A DNA stretch of 64,000 nt from Nemertoderma westbladi (Eukaryota; Animalia; Xenacoelomorpha): assembly GCA_032718475.1 (NCBI GenBank), contig JAUCBJ010007566.1, positions 56,018-120,017 on the forward strand, read 5' to 3'. Shown here in pieces: positions 11,727-61,804 of the stretch. Numbering within the stretch: position 1 is the first letter of the stretch; the number at the start of each line of letters is the position of its first letter. The position numbers and the translations under genes were made by a program. Under the pieces are notes generated by a model. It had not been told where the DNA came from and made no database searches. It was given only the letters and a program-made list of their open reading frames with translations.

Positions 11727-14700
11727 TTAAGTTATGGAGTCCCTAGATATTTGTCGGATTAGGGAAGTGGTCGTAGGAAGAGTATCTTGCCTTCCATAGT
11801 TTCCGGACAGTTTTCGGTCTCTTTCCAGTAAACATAAACGACTAGCTGGGCGATTGAGTTGTTGCGTTACTTTCTCCGCTCCCTTGGCCTGTCTAAACTC
11901 CGCCGTGGTAAGATGAGGAGGCCATTCTTCTTCTTCTTTACTTAAGAAGTCGGATCCACCTAACCAGCCTGGAGTATCTATCAGTTCTTGAGGAGTTGCT
12001 CCTCTGGAAGCGATGTCGGCTGGATTAATCGTCCCAAGGCAATGTCTCCATTGATCTACATTGGAGTTAATATCGTCATTATCTGAGGAGTATGGTGTTC
12101 CCTCAGTTGGATCGTCCACATCACTGCTCTCCACTTCCCATTCCTTTACTTGGTATACCTGTTGTTGAGGTAGTCTCTCTTTGAGAGTTCTACGGGAAGG
12201 GCCAGTGAAGTACCAACCTACTCTAGTTCTTACCGCATAGGCTTGTAGTGGCTGCGGTTGAGCAGGTCGTTTCTCCAATGTCTCGAGCGCCTCATGCGCG
12301 TTTTGGCCGATGAGTATTTGCACTCCAGGATAATCTGTCTGGAATCGAGGTATCTTAAGATGTTGGATGCTCTCATCCTCGTCCCAATTATAAAGGTCTG
12401 CTTGGGTAGTAGCGAAGTTCTTTATAGCCACCATTTTTACCGACCTTATACCTTGTGCTCCTAATTTATCCTGGGGGGTGGACAACACACCTACATAGTA
12501 GTCTGCCGTTAGGGTAGATTTCCAAACCTGGATAATTCCTGACATATTCAATTTAGTCCGGAATTTGGGTTGTCCAGCAAAGATATCTTCGGCTAGTTCT
12601 TGATCGATGAATGTTCCTGTGCTGCCGGAGTCAAGGAGGGCGTTCACTATGTAACTTTTGTTAGGACCATGAACTCTTACCTGCACTACAGGAAATTCTC
12701 TGATTCCTACGTTGGAAGTTGGAGCTTTCCAAGATGGTTGTCTGGCAAAAGTAGTTGGGGGGAACTCATTGTCGGTGTCCTTTTCATAAGTAAGTGCTCG
12801 ATACACTGAGGTATTTATTAGGTAACAGGATTCGTTGGCGTCGGAGAATTCGTCAGTATAGAATCCTTCCATCTCAGACTCTTGATCAGTGTCATTTACA
12901 TCACTGAATTGGACATGTAGTTCGGGCTCACTTACCTGACTCGGGTTGTCTCGTTCGAACTCACTGTGTAACAAGATGTGATGTTTCGCGCCACACTTTG
13001 CACACTTTACGTCGGAGTAACAGGTTCGCCGTTGGTGTCCTGATCTGAGGCAATTATAGCATAACCGCTTATCCCACAGGACTGTACGTCTGTCTACAAG
13101 GGATTTCTTTAGAAATTCAGCACACGCACTCAAACGGTGGGGCCCGTCGCACAGCGCACATTTTGGTTTGATGTTACTCACTTTGCCTTGGGTAACGTTA
13201 TGCACTCTCGTTCTTTCTTCGGGCTTTCTTCCGTGAATTCTCTTAGGAGACGTAGGAGGAGTTGTTGTTACCTGTTCTCTCCTATCGTTGGTTCGAGACT
13301 TATATTTACTTACGTCTTTATAGGTCTTGTTGTCATAGTAAGATTTTGCTGTGTCTTTCCCGCTGTCCTCTTCTTGAGAAGCTTGGCTTTCGCCGTCGTC
13401 AGTATAACACACTGGTATTATCCTTCTCCTAGAAACGGGTTTCTCACTTACCTTATTTTCCGATGTTTTCTCTCTGGACTGCTTTATGAGTTGTAATTTT
13501 ACTTCACTATCTAAGAAGGACATGAGATCAGCCATGGTAGGGCTTCATCGTTGTTGTTCATTCATGTACAACACTTTCTTGTCCCAGCGTGTACATACTC
13601 CACCTTTTGGTAAAGTAGAGACTACGGCTCCAATAACCATGGAACTCTGATATTCATGAGACTTACCTAACCAGTCCAATTGTCTACAGATCTCCTGAAT
13701 CTCATCGGAAAACTCTATAATCCCGCTACTAAGGAAGTTTCGGGGGGCTACTAATTTTGCATACAAATACTTAGCTATGTTATCCTTGTTACCATACCTG
13801 ATGTTTAATGTATCCCAAACTTGTCTTAATCCTTCTGGATGTCCAATAAACTTTAACGCCATTAACTTGGGAGGTCCTTCCAAGCACTTGATGAGGAACC
13901 TAAGTTTCTCTCCGTTAGATAGCACAGAGTTCTGTATGCTGTCTTTGTAATATTCGTTGAAAGGTAACCATTTCATCTCATCTCCATTGAATTTGATGAT
14001 CTCTCCCACTTTGACCGCTTGGCGGGCTTCTGTTCTAGCCATCTGACGCGTAAAGCTTTCTTGGGCCATCGTGTTACTTAATATCGAATTATCGGTATAT
14101 AAATTTCTCGGATCATTATCAGGTCTATAAGGAATATCATTAACAACAGGTCTGTAATCACTCTTAATAGGGTTTGCTATAGGAGTTTCTACTTCACTAG
14201 CAGTATAGATGCGTGTAGGCTCCACACCTTGCGCATGTAATACTTCAGACCTAACAGGTTGACACAATTTTACAGGGGGTATTGGTATGCCTTTTTGTAT
14301 ATTGACTAATTTGTCGCGTTCCAGTGCGATACTTTGCTGCACTTCTTGCAATTCTGCCCTACCTTCCCTTACTGTTCCCTTAAGCTGGTGGACAGTCTCC
14401 TGCATCTGTCCGAGCAGGAGATTCATCCCCCGCCGTCCCTCCTCTACCCACTCGACCGCCGAAGCGGGAGTCGCCAACATTGTAGCGGGCTGACGCGGGA
14501 CGACGGGAGACAAATCTTTGATTTCTCTCTCAGCTTCCAGGACAGGGATATTCTCATGGACTGTTCTACCGGGCACAGGCAGTGTAGTACTGTGTAAAGG
14601 GAATTTAGAGTTAAGCTCTGGAAGTACAGGGGTCTCTAGCACAGTAGTGGCTTTGGGAACGACAGGCCCAATTATTTCAGGCTCATCAACTATTGTAGGG

Positions 14701-16313
14701 AGTCTTTTGACCTTAATAATTTGGTCTGTAGGTTCTATACTACCTAAGTCTGGGCTAGCTAGTTGTCTTCTAACCGCTGGGGGCAAATCAGGCAATTTGT
14801 GACGGTGAGATGTTTTTCTACGCCTGCTTAGACGAGATCTATTTCCTCCGCCTTCAGGATCGGTGGTTTCGCTTTCCTCTGATGAGGTGTATCCCTGGCG
14901 TTTGGGAGTAGATCTTCTCATCATCTGCATGTGACTAGCAGTTAACTGTTTATTTATGTTGTCTTGCGTCTCTTGAAGATTTTCCAACTCCAGTTGTGTG
15001 GTCTCCTCAGACGCTCTCCGTTCTGCTTCTGCTACTGCTTTGGCCGCCTTTCTTTCTGCTTCTGCTTCTGCTATTGCCGCTGCCTTCTTTCTTTCCGCTT
15101 CTGCTTCGGCCATTGCCGCTGTTACTGCAGCTGCCTTTCGGTCCTCTATCCGTTTTTTCTTTACTTGTTCTTCTTGGACTCTAGTGAGGCGGAGTTTTTC
15201 ATCAAATTCAGCTTGGTTAGCAGCTAACATTTCAGCATCGATTGAGTCTAACACACGCTGGGTTCCTTCACTATTAGGGGAAAGTCCAGACAGCCGTCTC
15301 CTCAACTCTTCGTCTCCTAGGAATCGCTGATAGTCGGACAGATAAATGTCGATAGCGTCTCTCGTTCGTGGTTTCTCTGCGGTCTCTTCGCCTTCCACTT
15401 GAGAAAGGGTGGCATCGGTTGGTTCTTCATAGGTTAGTCTCTCAGACAGCTGGGATTTCCACTGGTCCGTTTCTTGTACTTTGAGACCTACCCGCTGGAA
15501 CCAATTTTTGACAGCAACCTGCAGCGACGTGTCCTGTCTTCTTTTGGAAGTTTCCTCAAAGGCTGATAGGATTAGTCTAATGCGTAGGGTTCTTTCACGT
15601 ACTTGATAAAGCAGCTCTTCCTGCTCTTGAGGTCCTTGGGGTTGTCGAAACAATTGTTCTTCCAATCGCTCTAAGGAGCCGAAGAATCCCTGCACATATC
15701 CTGCTGCCGACCTCTTCTAAACAGCTGGATCCATCGTATCTTTAGCCACTCCCATCCTGTGTATATCTTCCCAAGTAGCCTCGGACAAATCTAACGGGAG
15801 TCCGGGTCCGGGAAAGTTCCATTGTGACTCGACAACAGACATCAATTCTTCCCTGGTGTATCCCGCATAATTATCTTGGGTCGCTCTCATACTTCTCGCC
15901 CAATCGGCTTGATGTTCCTCCACCGCAATCAATATAGTAGTTAGCACTGCGGCAGGAAGGGTGAGAAGGGGGTCCGAGTAGGCTGTAGCCGCCATCTGCA
16001 ATCCGCGTTCGGGGGTCAGCTCTACAGTATCCGAACTACTGGAGCTATCTGATCGCTGGGAACAAGTTTCTTGACTAGGATGTTGCTGCTGTTGGACAGC
16101 TGCTTCCTGGTTCCGCTTGACTTGGGCCCGAGTGCCGATGATAGACCTACGGTGTTGGATTAGCTTAGGGTCTGATACTACTACTGGAGGGATGACCTTT
16201 CTTTCAGTAGGAGGTGAGCTGAACTCCTTTCTTAATCGCTCCACACTCCTATCTGTGTCACAGATGGTTGTATCGATTAGACTGTCTGACAGGTTTTGCT
16301 GAGTGTCAGACAT
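11727..16313 (-). pseudogene. BEL/Pao gag-protease frame with two in-frame stops and deletion of RT/RH/IN cores
   Basis: ORFs 15717-16313, 13545-15695 and 11727-13535 share one frame. Gag core (IIKFNGDEMKW), three Cys/His knuckles, protease LLDSGS, then QWRHC..NPADIASRG and LNRPASRLCLLE with no YxDD. Confidence 0.88.
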
Positions 16314-17574
16314 GTTTAGCTATACGGTTGAATGCCTACTGCTATAGTTACAGTTAAAGCAAGTCTAGTAATTCAGTATGACCGTTGGCCTAGTACCGGT
16401 AATTTATTACAGTATATTAGAATACCCTGTATATTAGTGTATATTAGTATACACTTATAGTATATATAAGTATTGTAAACTAGGTTTGTCACAGAGTACC
16501 GGTATATAATTTTAGCACAAATATATATAAATATATAATAGGCCTATCGTGAATACCGGTATACAGCTTACACTTATAGTATATATAAGTATAATTATGA
16601 ACTAGAATTAATTACAGAATACCGGTATGATTTCAGCTCAAATTTGTAGAAATAAATATAATAAGCCTATGGTAAATACCGGTATGTCAATTATTTTAGA
16701 ATAATTGAATTTCTGAATATTTTAGGGTTACTTGGTTACTTTAACTTACTTTGTTACCGTTATTTAAGCAGTAGTCCAACTGATTTTGAGACCTAGTTGT
16801 TGTATGGCAGGCCTACTATTTATAAATCGTTTGAGTTGATTTATAATATTTATATACCCGTTTAAAAGGGGTTTTGTCAATATTTGAAATAAATGTTATT
16901 ATTTCTGGGGGAGTCACTACACAGAAGCTGTGCGCTCTCAGTGAAGTGCTACCTATGGGACACTAAAACAGATAATTCTAATTTACCTAAGTTACTTAAT
17001 ACTACAAATTACTTACGATACGGGTGAGATTAAATCTCTAATTAAACACAACAAAAATATTACGTACGAAATTTTAGGGTAATTTTACAGGAAGTCTACA
17101 AACCCGCCTAACAAAGGGTTAGAATTCTGGTTATTACAACAGACAGGGTACTACGGTATTTGAAATAATAAGTAGTAGTAAATACACTGCGTTGTCCAGA
17201 TAGGAAAATACCACCGCCTGACGACCTATAACCGTATCGCTATAGGTACTACGTTATGTATCACGGAGTGTTCCTACCTAGAAGTTAATTACCGCGGACT
17301 ACCAGATCCAGCGTGCCTATTAACCACTTTACAACACAAATATACTGCCTACACACTAATTACCTCGGAAAGCACTGTACACTAAACCCTAAATTAGGTA
17401 CAAGTACTGGTACAACAAATAATCAGTAGTTAAATATACTTGGACAGTTAAAAGAACCACGGCATCTGCTGGAGTGACCGAAGCACAAAGTCACCAGTCT
17501 TTTCCTACGCCAAGCAGCCCGTGTAGTACCGGGGTTAATTTAACTATAACGGTATGTGTAACAAACACAATTAC

Positions 17575-19710
17575 TGTAGGAATAAACTTGGGGACATGAA
17601 TGTTGCGAATAATCGCATAAACTCTGAATAATAAATATTACGCTACCCGTACAGAATACTCAAACAAAATACAAACCAAACGCTGGCAGACTACCACCAA
17701 GCCTAAATAAACTACAGTATGTGCAGATTCCGAAATGGTTAGTTAGTATGCGTTCTAACACGGTAGTACAACTTATTCTTTAAGAGGGGATTGACCTTAC
17801 AGCTATGGCTGCCCCAACTTACTAACTGGCACTTTATCAGACAAACTCTACACACGCAGCAATCTCTTCAGACCTAATAATAGCTAGACAACAATCCAGC
17901 CTACAAAATATCTGAGTAATAACTATTACGGTACCTGAACAGACCACACAAACAAACACAGGCCAAAACGTTGGCAGAATACTGTCAAGCCTAAATAAAC
18001 TACAGTATGTGCAGATTCCAAAATGGTTAGTTAGTATGCGTTCTAACACGGTAGTACGACTTATTCTTTAAGAGGGGATTGACCTTACAGCTATGGCTGC
18101 CCCAACTTACTAACTGGCACTCTATCGGACAAACTCTACACACGCCGCAATCTCTCCAATCTCAACAACAATCTAACAACAGTCCGGCCTACAATTATCT
18201 GAACAATCTGAGCAGACTTACACGTCTTCAGCTCAATATTAACTTACATGTAAATAAAACCGACAGAAATAAGTAAAATCTCAATAATAAATCAGGGCTG
18301 CAGTCCCTGATTAAATACTAAGACCTACCGGTATACAATAATCAAAATCGAATAATACTAATGTACTTATACTGGAAGTACCGGTTAGGACAGTTGGGCC
18401 TACAGACCTACAGAAGTACCGGTTCTGGCAGTTGGACCTACGGACCTACAGCAGTACCGGTTCTGGCAGTTGGGCCTACTGACCTACAGAAGTACCGGTT
18501 CAGGTTTACCGGTCGACCGGTACTTTCAACTTTATTGCTTACTGCAATAAAGACAATAACTGTTATTGTACGCGCTTTTGAAGACCTTTAGCAGTTTAAC
18601 CTGCCAAAATTTATATGTCTTTTGGTTTATAAATAGACTTTAGAAGTTGACAAATATTTAATACCAATAAACACAACATTAGCAGAAGCCAGCCTAGTGC
18701 GCGTCCATTCACCCGCTGGATATACCCGGGAGACTGGATTCTGAGGGCTTAGATTATTATTGCAGTGTAAGCTTACTGTATTATTCGATTGATCGTTAAT
18801 AAATAATTTCTGACTAATATTATTCACTTTCGGGAAATATTAACAGTTCCTTTAGGACGTGGCGCTCTATCTAGGTAAACAGAGATATGACTTATACTAA
18901 TCACAATGGCAAGTCTGTAAGGCTTATGATTCACGTATGAGGCGCATTCTTTAGGAAATGCTTAGTTATCAGTCACAATCAGGCACACTACCGGTAACAC
19001 ACAATACTGCTCACTAATTTGCCGACCGTCAATGAATTTTATCATATATAAAGAGAACAGCAACGGACTCATGTAGTGCTTATCAAATAGCATTAAATTC
19101 ACTACAAACCACCATAATATAAGTCGCAATCGCTATATATAACACGTCTCTCTAACCTGTAGTGTATCAAGAAAATTGGGAAATTTGGGTTCTTTATAGA
19201 TGTTCTCCAAATAATATTCAACCAAAACACAACAGTAAACAGCAGTATAATAATGTATGTTGAACCGATAATGTAAGACTGAATTGAGATAAGATAAGCC
19301 GATTGATATGCACTGATAACAGTTATACGCTCTATAATCTTAAGCCTACTAATGTTTCTTCTAAAGTATGAAACGAATTGACTCTAGAGCCGGTGTTCCT
19401 GGCCTAGATAGAAAACAACACAACAGTATCAAGAAAAACAGTAAGACTGAACACTCCTAGCACGATTGGCCGAATATCTCCACATCGACAGAAAAAATCG
19501 CTCTGATTGGCTGTTAAGCTAAACAAAGAACCATGTGTCCAATGGCCGTTTCCATGTCAGCAACCAGCTGTTAGATGTCGTAAGCTGAATCATCAAGGCT
19601 AAGCTGTGCCAGGGTATTTGGTGCATTGCGGGTTTTTTGCCTTACCATGTCCGCCAAAGCACACATATAGAAGAATGACGTTTATGTCCGTTAAAACACT
19701 TATAACGGTA
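17575..19710 (-). repeat. Putative 5' LTR of element B (outer end truncated or diverged)
   Basis: Homologous to 9123-11150; inner junction ACA|GTAA resembles element A; same ~290-bp internal duplication. Confidence 0.55.
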
Positions 19711-19789
19711 CCTTGCGGGCGAGGGGGATATATATATAGTTAGAGAGCTTTTTAGAGTATTCCAGCGCCTGGGGGGAAACTGGATTGCA

Positions 19790-20700
19790 AAGCAAAAGGG
19801 CCTGTTATATCCCACAGAAGCTTTTACACTGTTAGTCGTTGGAATTGTCGTCGTCTGCGTTACGATTTTGACATGCTATTAACTTTGTCGGATTTAAAGC
19901 TGTCGTGGTATTTGTAGGCATCAATATGTCCAGGAGACTTTTTACGTTTTTAGAGACTTTCAGACTACATCAGTTCAATAGTCTCCCGCTGGATGTCTAA
20001 ACATTAAATGTCTCTCAATTTCTATTTGCTTTTAATCAGTTCAAGCTGAAATATGGCAGATATGTGCTAGAACACATCGTGAATCTTGGAATATATGTAC
20101 CAGACCATAGGCTGTGTCTTTTTTCAGGAAGGTGATTCATCTGCCGCAAGAGGGCGTACTGTCCGAAAGTGAAAACCCGTAACTGTTCTCTTGGTTTTAA
20201 TCCGTTTAGGGTCGAACTTGACATGTAATAGAAAACTGGTTGCTTCTTTGGGGGACGATGCAGCAACTACAACACTTCTATAGTTCGTCAACGAGGTCGA
20301 AATGTGTAAAAGTAAAAACTTTATCTCATTTTGTTATTTTAAAAGTTATCCGTTCAGGCTGAAACTTGGCAGACATACATACATGCTAGACCGTAGACCA
20401 TCCACAAGCTGCGTTTTTGTTGGGACTGTAATCCCTCGGCAGTTCTCCAGTTTACCGCTAGTGGGCTGAAATGAATCGTTTTAGTGTTCTAAAAATGAAA
20501 ACCTTCAGCCATTTCGTTTTGTTGTTTATAATCCTTTCTTTATGTCCTGATTGATACTTGTCACATATATTGATACTTGGCATTCTAGACCTTAGACTGA
20601 GTTTTTGTGAGGTCTTAATAGACTGCAGTTGCCCGGCCTGCCTCTAGGTGGTAAAGTTATTAGTATGTCACGTGCTGCGCGAAGGCCCCACTTTGTATTG
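19790..20700. mobile_element. Possible degenerate non-autonomous DNA element (Helentron/HINE-like)
   Basis: Repeated TTCAxGCTGAAAxxTGGCAGA...TGCTAGA motifs; termini not established. Confidence 0.3.
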
Positions 20701-22036
20701 TTATTGTGTACCTCAGAGATAATGACGCACTGTACCTTGCATGGACATACATGATATGATATCATTAAATAACCCTGCTTAATAATCCGTTTAGGAATTT
20801 GTGTAATCTCCTATTTGAATTGTCTCCAAGTATGGGCCAGGCATTGCTTCCCTATATTTTGGGAATAATTGACCACAAAAAAAACGATAAAACTTTACTT
20901 TCATTATAGGTTAACTTATTAATTGATACAGGCCTGGCTGGAAGTTAAGTTTAAAACTTTTTAAAACTAAGTTTGGAATGCTTTATTCATATTCATAAAA
21001 ATTTAGTATAATTCGACCGAAAAGTGATGATATTGATAATATTGTATAATATTGTATTGTTGTGATATCGACTTAAGGTTGGAAAAAACTAGCGATATTT
21101 AGTTAGGCAAATATATAATTAATGTTAACATTTTGGGACAAGAGACATTCACACAATAAATACCAAATATAGAAAACATAATTTACTAAACAAGTAACTT
21201 TTTCGCTAAATATAAACAATAAATAAAGGGGAAATAATCCGATTGCATAAATTACAATAAAGAATAATACCGGTACATATAGGGCAGGAATAATAAACAA
21301 TTGCAATAAAGTATACTGCCTGCTTTCCTTGTGCAGGTGATTAACAATCATATTATTTCAATTAAATTTTGCATAAAATTAAACAATTTGAATAAATTCC
21401 AAATTATTGAAAATAATATATGTCAATAACTATAAATGAGCAACATTCAACCCACAAGAAGCACAATTAATTCACCTTCAAACATAATGAAATACATCAG
21501 TTTGATTTAAGTACAAATATTATATATTTCCCTAAGACCAGCCGCACACAATATTACATTATAATTATAAATTAGAAACGTAATGTATAGATTTGATTGG
21601 TACGCATTTATAATTATTGTGTACCGAGTTTTAGCGTTGTAGTACTATTCGCTACATATGTAAAGGGTTTTAAAAAGTCAGTAAATATTTCTGAAAAAAA
21701 TAAATATTTCAATGTTTTTCCATAGGGTGAGGCTGGGCTAATAAAAGGAATTGAATGTTTCACAATTTTAGAGATTGAATTACAATATTAAGTACATAGT
21801 TTGCTTGATAAATAACTATAATTAACGTTAAATCAACGAACTAACTGCAAATAAAAATACTTTCAAACTTTCACTTAGAACGTTTAATGTTTGACATTTA
21901 AAAAAAGATGGAAATACCTTCTGGATTAATCGAATAAACGTCCCTCCCTACACGATGGGACGACTAATCAAATATCCTAAAACAGGCGAGACAGTCAATA
22001 GAGTACTGGATGAACTGATGGACAAAACAGAAGTAC

Positions 22037-23826
22037 AGTTGTTAGGGGCTTACTGAGAGACATCAACCAATCGGAAACAGTTGTTAGGGGCTTACTGAGG
22101 GACATCAACCAATCGGAAACAGTTGTTAGGGGCTTACTGAGGGACAATCAACCAATCGGAAACAGTTGTTTGGGGCTTACTGAGGGACATAAACCAATCG
22201 GAAACAGTTGTTAGGGGCTTACTGAGGGACATCAACCAATCGGAAACAGTTGTTAGGGGCTTAGTGAGGGACATCAACCAATCGGAAACAGTTGTTAGGG
22301 GCTTACTGAGGGCATCAACCAATCGGAAACAGTTGTTAGGGGCTTACTGAGGGACATCAACCAATCGGAAACAGTTGTTAGGGGCTTACTGAGGGACATC
22401 AACCAATCGGAAACAGTTGTTAGGGGCTTACTGAGGGACAATCAACCAATCGGAAACAGTTGTTAGGGGCTTACTGAGGGACATCAACCAATCGGAAACA
22501 GTTGTTAGGGGCTTACTGAGGGACATCAACCAATCGGAAACAGTTGTTAGGGGCTTACTGAGGGACATCAACCAATCGGAAACAGTTGTTAGGGGCTTAG
22601 TGAGGGACATCAACCAATCGGAAACAGTTGTTAGGGGCTTACTGAGGGACATCAACCAATCGGAAACAGTTGTTAGGGGCTTAGTGAGGGACATCAACCA
22701 ATCGGAAACAGTTGTTAGGGGCTTACTGAGGGACATCAACCAATCGGAAAACAGTTGTTAGGGGCTTACTGATGGACATCAACCAATCGGAAACAGTTGT
22801 TAGGGGCTTACTGAGGGACATCAACCAATCGGAAACAGTTGTTAGGGGCTTACTGAGGGACAATCAACCAATCGGAAACAGTTGTTAGGGGCTTACTGAG
22901 GGACATCAACCAATCGGAAACAGTTGTTAGGGGCTTACTGAGGGACAATCAACCAATCGGAAACAGTTGTTAGGGGCTTACTGAGGGACAACAACCAATC
23001 GGAAACAGTTGTTAGGGGCTTACTGAGGGACATCAACCAATCGGAAACAGTTGTTAGGGGCTTACTGAGGGACATCAACCAATCGGAAACAGTTGTTAGG
23101 GGCTTACTGAGGGTCAATCAACCAATCGGAAACAGTTGTTAGGGGCTTACTGAGGGACAACAACCAATCGGAAACAGTTGTTAGGGGCTTACTGAGGGAC
23201 ATCAACCAATCGGAAACAGTTGTTAGGGGCTTACTGAGGGACATCAACCAATCGGAAACAGTTGTTAGGGGCTTACTGAGGGACAATCAACCAATCGGAA
23301 ACAGTTGTTAGGGGCTTACTGAGGGACAATCAACCAATCGGAAACAGTTATTAGGGGCTTACTGAGGGACAACAACCAATCGGAAACAGTTGTTAGGGGC
23401 TTACTGAGGGACATCAACCAATCGGAAACAGTTATTAGGGGCTTACTGAGGGACATCAACCAATCGGATACAGTTGTTAGGGGCTTACTGAGGGACATCA
23501 ACCAATCGGAAACAGTTGTTAGGGGCTTACTGAGGGACAATCAACCAATCGGAAACAGTTGTTAGGGGCTTACTGAGGGACATCAACCAATCGGAAACAG
23601 TTGTTAGGGGCTTACTGAGGGACATCAACCAATCGGATACAGTTGTTAGGGGCTTACTGAGGGACATCAACCAATCGGAAACAGTTATTAGGGGCTTACT
23701 GAGGGACATCAACCAATCGGAAACAGTTATTAGGGGCTTACTGAGGGACATCAACCAATCGGAAACAGTTATTAGGGGCTTACTGAGGGACATCAACCAA
23801 TCGGAAACAGTTATTAGGGGCTTACT
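22037..23826. repeat. 42-bp minisatellite, ~42 copies
   Basis: Unit cagttgttaggggcttactgagggacatcaaccaatcggaaa. Confidence 0.97.
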
Positions 23827-24546
23827 ACAGATCCTCTACGGCTTACCAGTAATTCGTATTTACAAATTAACTTAACAAGAAATTATTATCAGGATAATTT
23901 ACAAACATTAATTACATAATTAATTATAATTGTTGCTAATCTAAATTACATCATTGTATCTATAAAACTGATTTCTTTACATTAATGGGGCACAATTGGC
24001 TTAAAATAAATTATGGGGGGAAATATCAAGAACACAGTTCAATTCAAGTTATACATGGCATGTTAGATGGCACCAAAATAGATCCAAACTGTAAAACTAT
24101 TATTGTATTATTGTATATTTAATATTAATGTGAAACTGAAACTCTGTGGTGATAGAAAAATAGATCTTAAAAGCTAAAAATTGGACATTAATATCCCAAT
24201 GAGCTGCAACTGGAGAAATGGAAAGTAATTGAGGTATAATAGTTGATAGGTGTTTGTTACCCGGGCCAAAGTTATTAAATAAATATTAAACGATAGATTA
24301 AACTGAAGGCAGAGAAGATCTAATAGCACTTCGAATTTTGGTATTAGTTTTCGAGTGTAAAAAACTGAGTCTCTAATTGGTCAAAATATAAAACCTAAGC
24401 TGAGAAATTAAAGAAAATCCGAAAAAAATAATGACTAATGGGCAATTATTTGTTACTATAGTATTCGGAGGCATTTAGATGTTTTTATTAAATTATACTT
24501 TGACTTTGACCCTTTAGAGACGCCGTAGATTAAAACGCGCCATCAT

Positions 24547-24969
24547 TGTACCCTGTCAACGCGTTCTGGAACTAAAGAGTTCTAGAACGTCGTGTACCCT
24601 GTCAACGCGTTCTGGAACTAAAGAATTCTAGAACGTCGTGTACCCTGTCAACGCGTTCTGGAACTAAAGAGTTCTAGAACGTCGTGTACCCTGTCAACGC
24701 GTTCTGGAACTAAAGAATTCTAGAACGTCGTGTACCCTGTCAACGCGTTCTGGAACTAAAGAATTCTAGAACGTCGTGCACCCTGTCAACGCGTTCTGGA
24801 ACTAAAGAATTCTAGAACGTCGTGCACCCTGTCAACGCGTTCTGGAACTAAAGAATTCTAGAACGTCGTGCACCCTGTCAACGCGTTCTGGAACTAAAGA
24901 ATTCTAGAACGTCGTGTACCCTGTCAACGCGTTCTGGAACTAAAGAGTTCTAGAACGTCGTGTACCCTG
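24547..24969. repeat. 46-bp minisatellite, ~9 copies
   Basis: Unit tgtaccctgtcaacgcgttctggaactaaagaattctagaacgtcg. Confidence 0.96.
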
Positions 24970-25424
24970 CTAAAACTGTTTAAACCTATAAAATATTTCT
25001 ATTCCAACAATTAATAATTAAACTACAACTAATTAAATAGTAATATCACTAAATTATAATATTATAAGCACCACAATGATTAATTAATTATTGGGAAAAA
25101 TTGATACATTTAACTGCGATTTAAACAAAATGAAGAACAAATCCATTCAGATGCCATAAAATGGCACAAAACTTCTGGAATTAGGTCACAAAACGAAACT
25201 TAATGATCAAATTATTGATAATTTCAGAAAATTCTAGAACGACCTAATAATATGTTGAATAATAATCGGATTTGTTCCGCATAATAACGTTAGGAACCCG
25301 AATAATGAACTAAACGAGAGAAACGTGAGTTAGAAAATATGAGAAATAAGTTGTAAAAGAGAAAGGGAATACCTTAACGAATAGCGGAATGTTGTCGATA
25401 AATATTAGTTGGTTGATACCGAAC

Positions 25425-61648
<36,224 letters not shown>

Positions 61649-61804
61649 CTGAGAACAAATGAATTATAATTAAAATAAATATTTACAAAATATTAACATT
61701 ACTAAACGCTGTACTTATAAACAAAGCGAGTCACTATGTAGTAGGGATGTGCCGGATAGTTACTATGTAGCACACAACTTTAAAAGGCAACTTTAACGCG
61801 ACAA

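Larger units (their letters stand above)
9123..19710 (-). mobile_element. BEL/Pao LTR retrotransposon, element B (non-autonomous deletion derivative)
   Basis: Gag-protease frame 16313-11727 flanked by long diverged direct repeats; purine-rich GGAGTGGGCG immediately before TGTGACTA at 11708. Confidence 0.8.

Noticed and set aside
17541-17553. taactataacggt, resembling the start of the I-CeuI site in LSU rRNA
   Set aside because: Only 13 bp and no surrounding rRNA similarity.
22037-24969. CRISPR-like regular repeats
   Set aside because: Head-to-tail units with no unique spacers, no cas genes, eukaryotic context.
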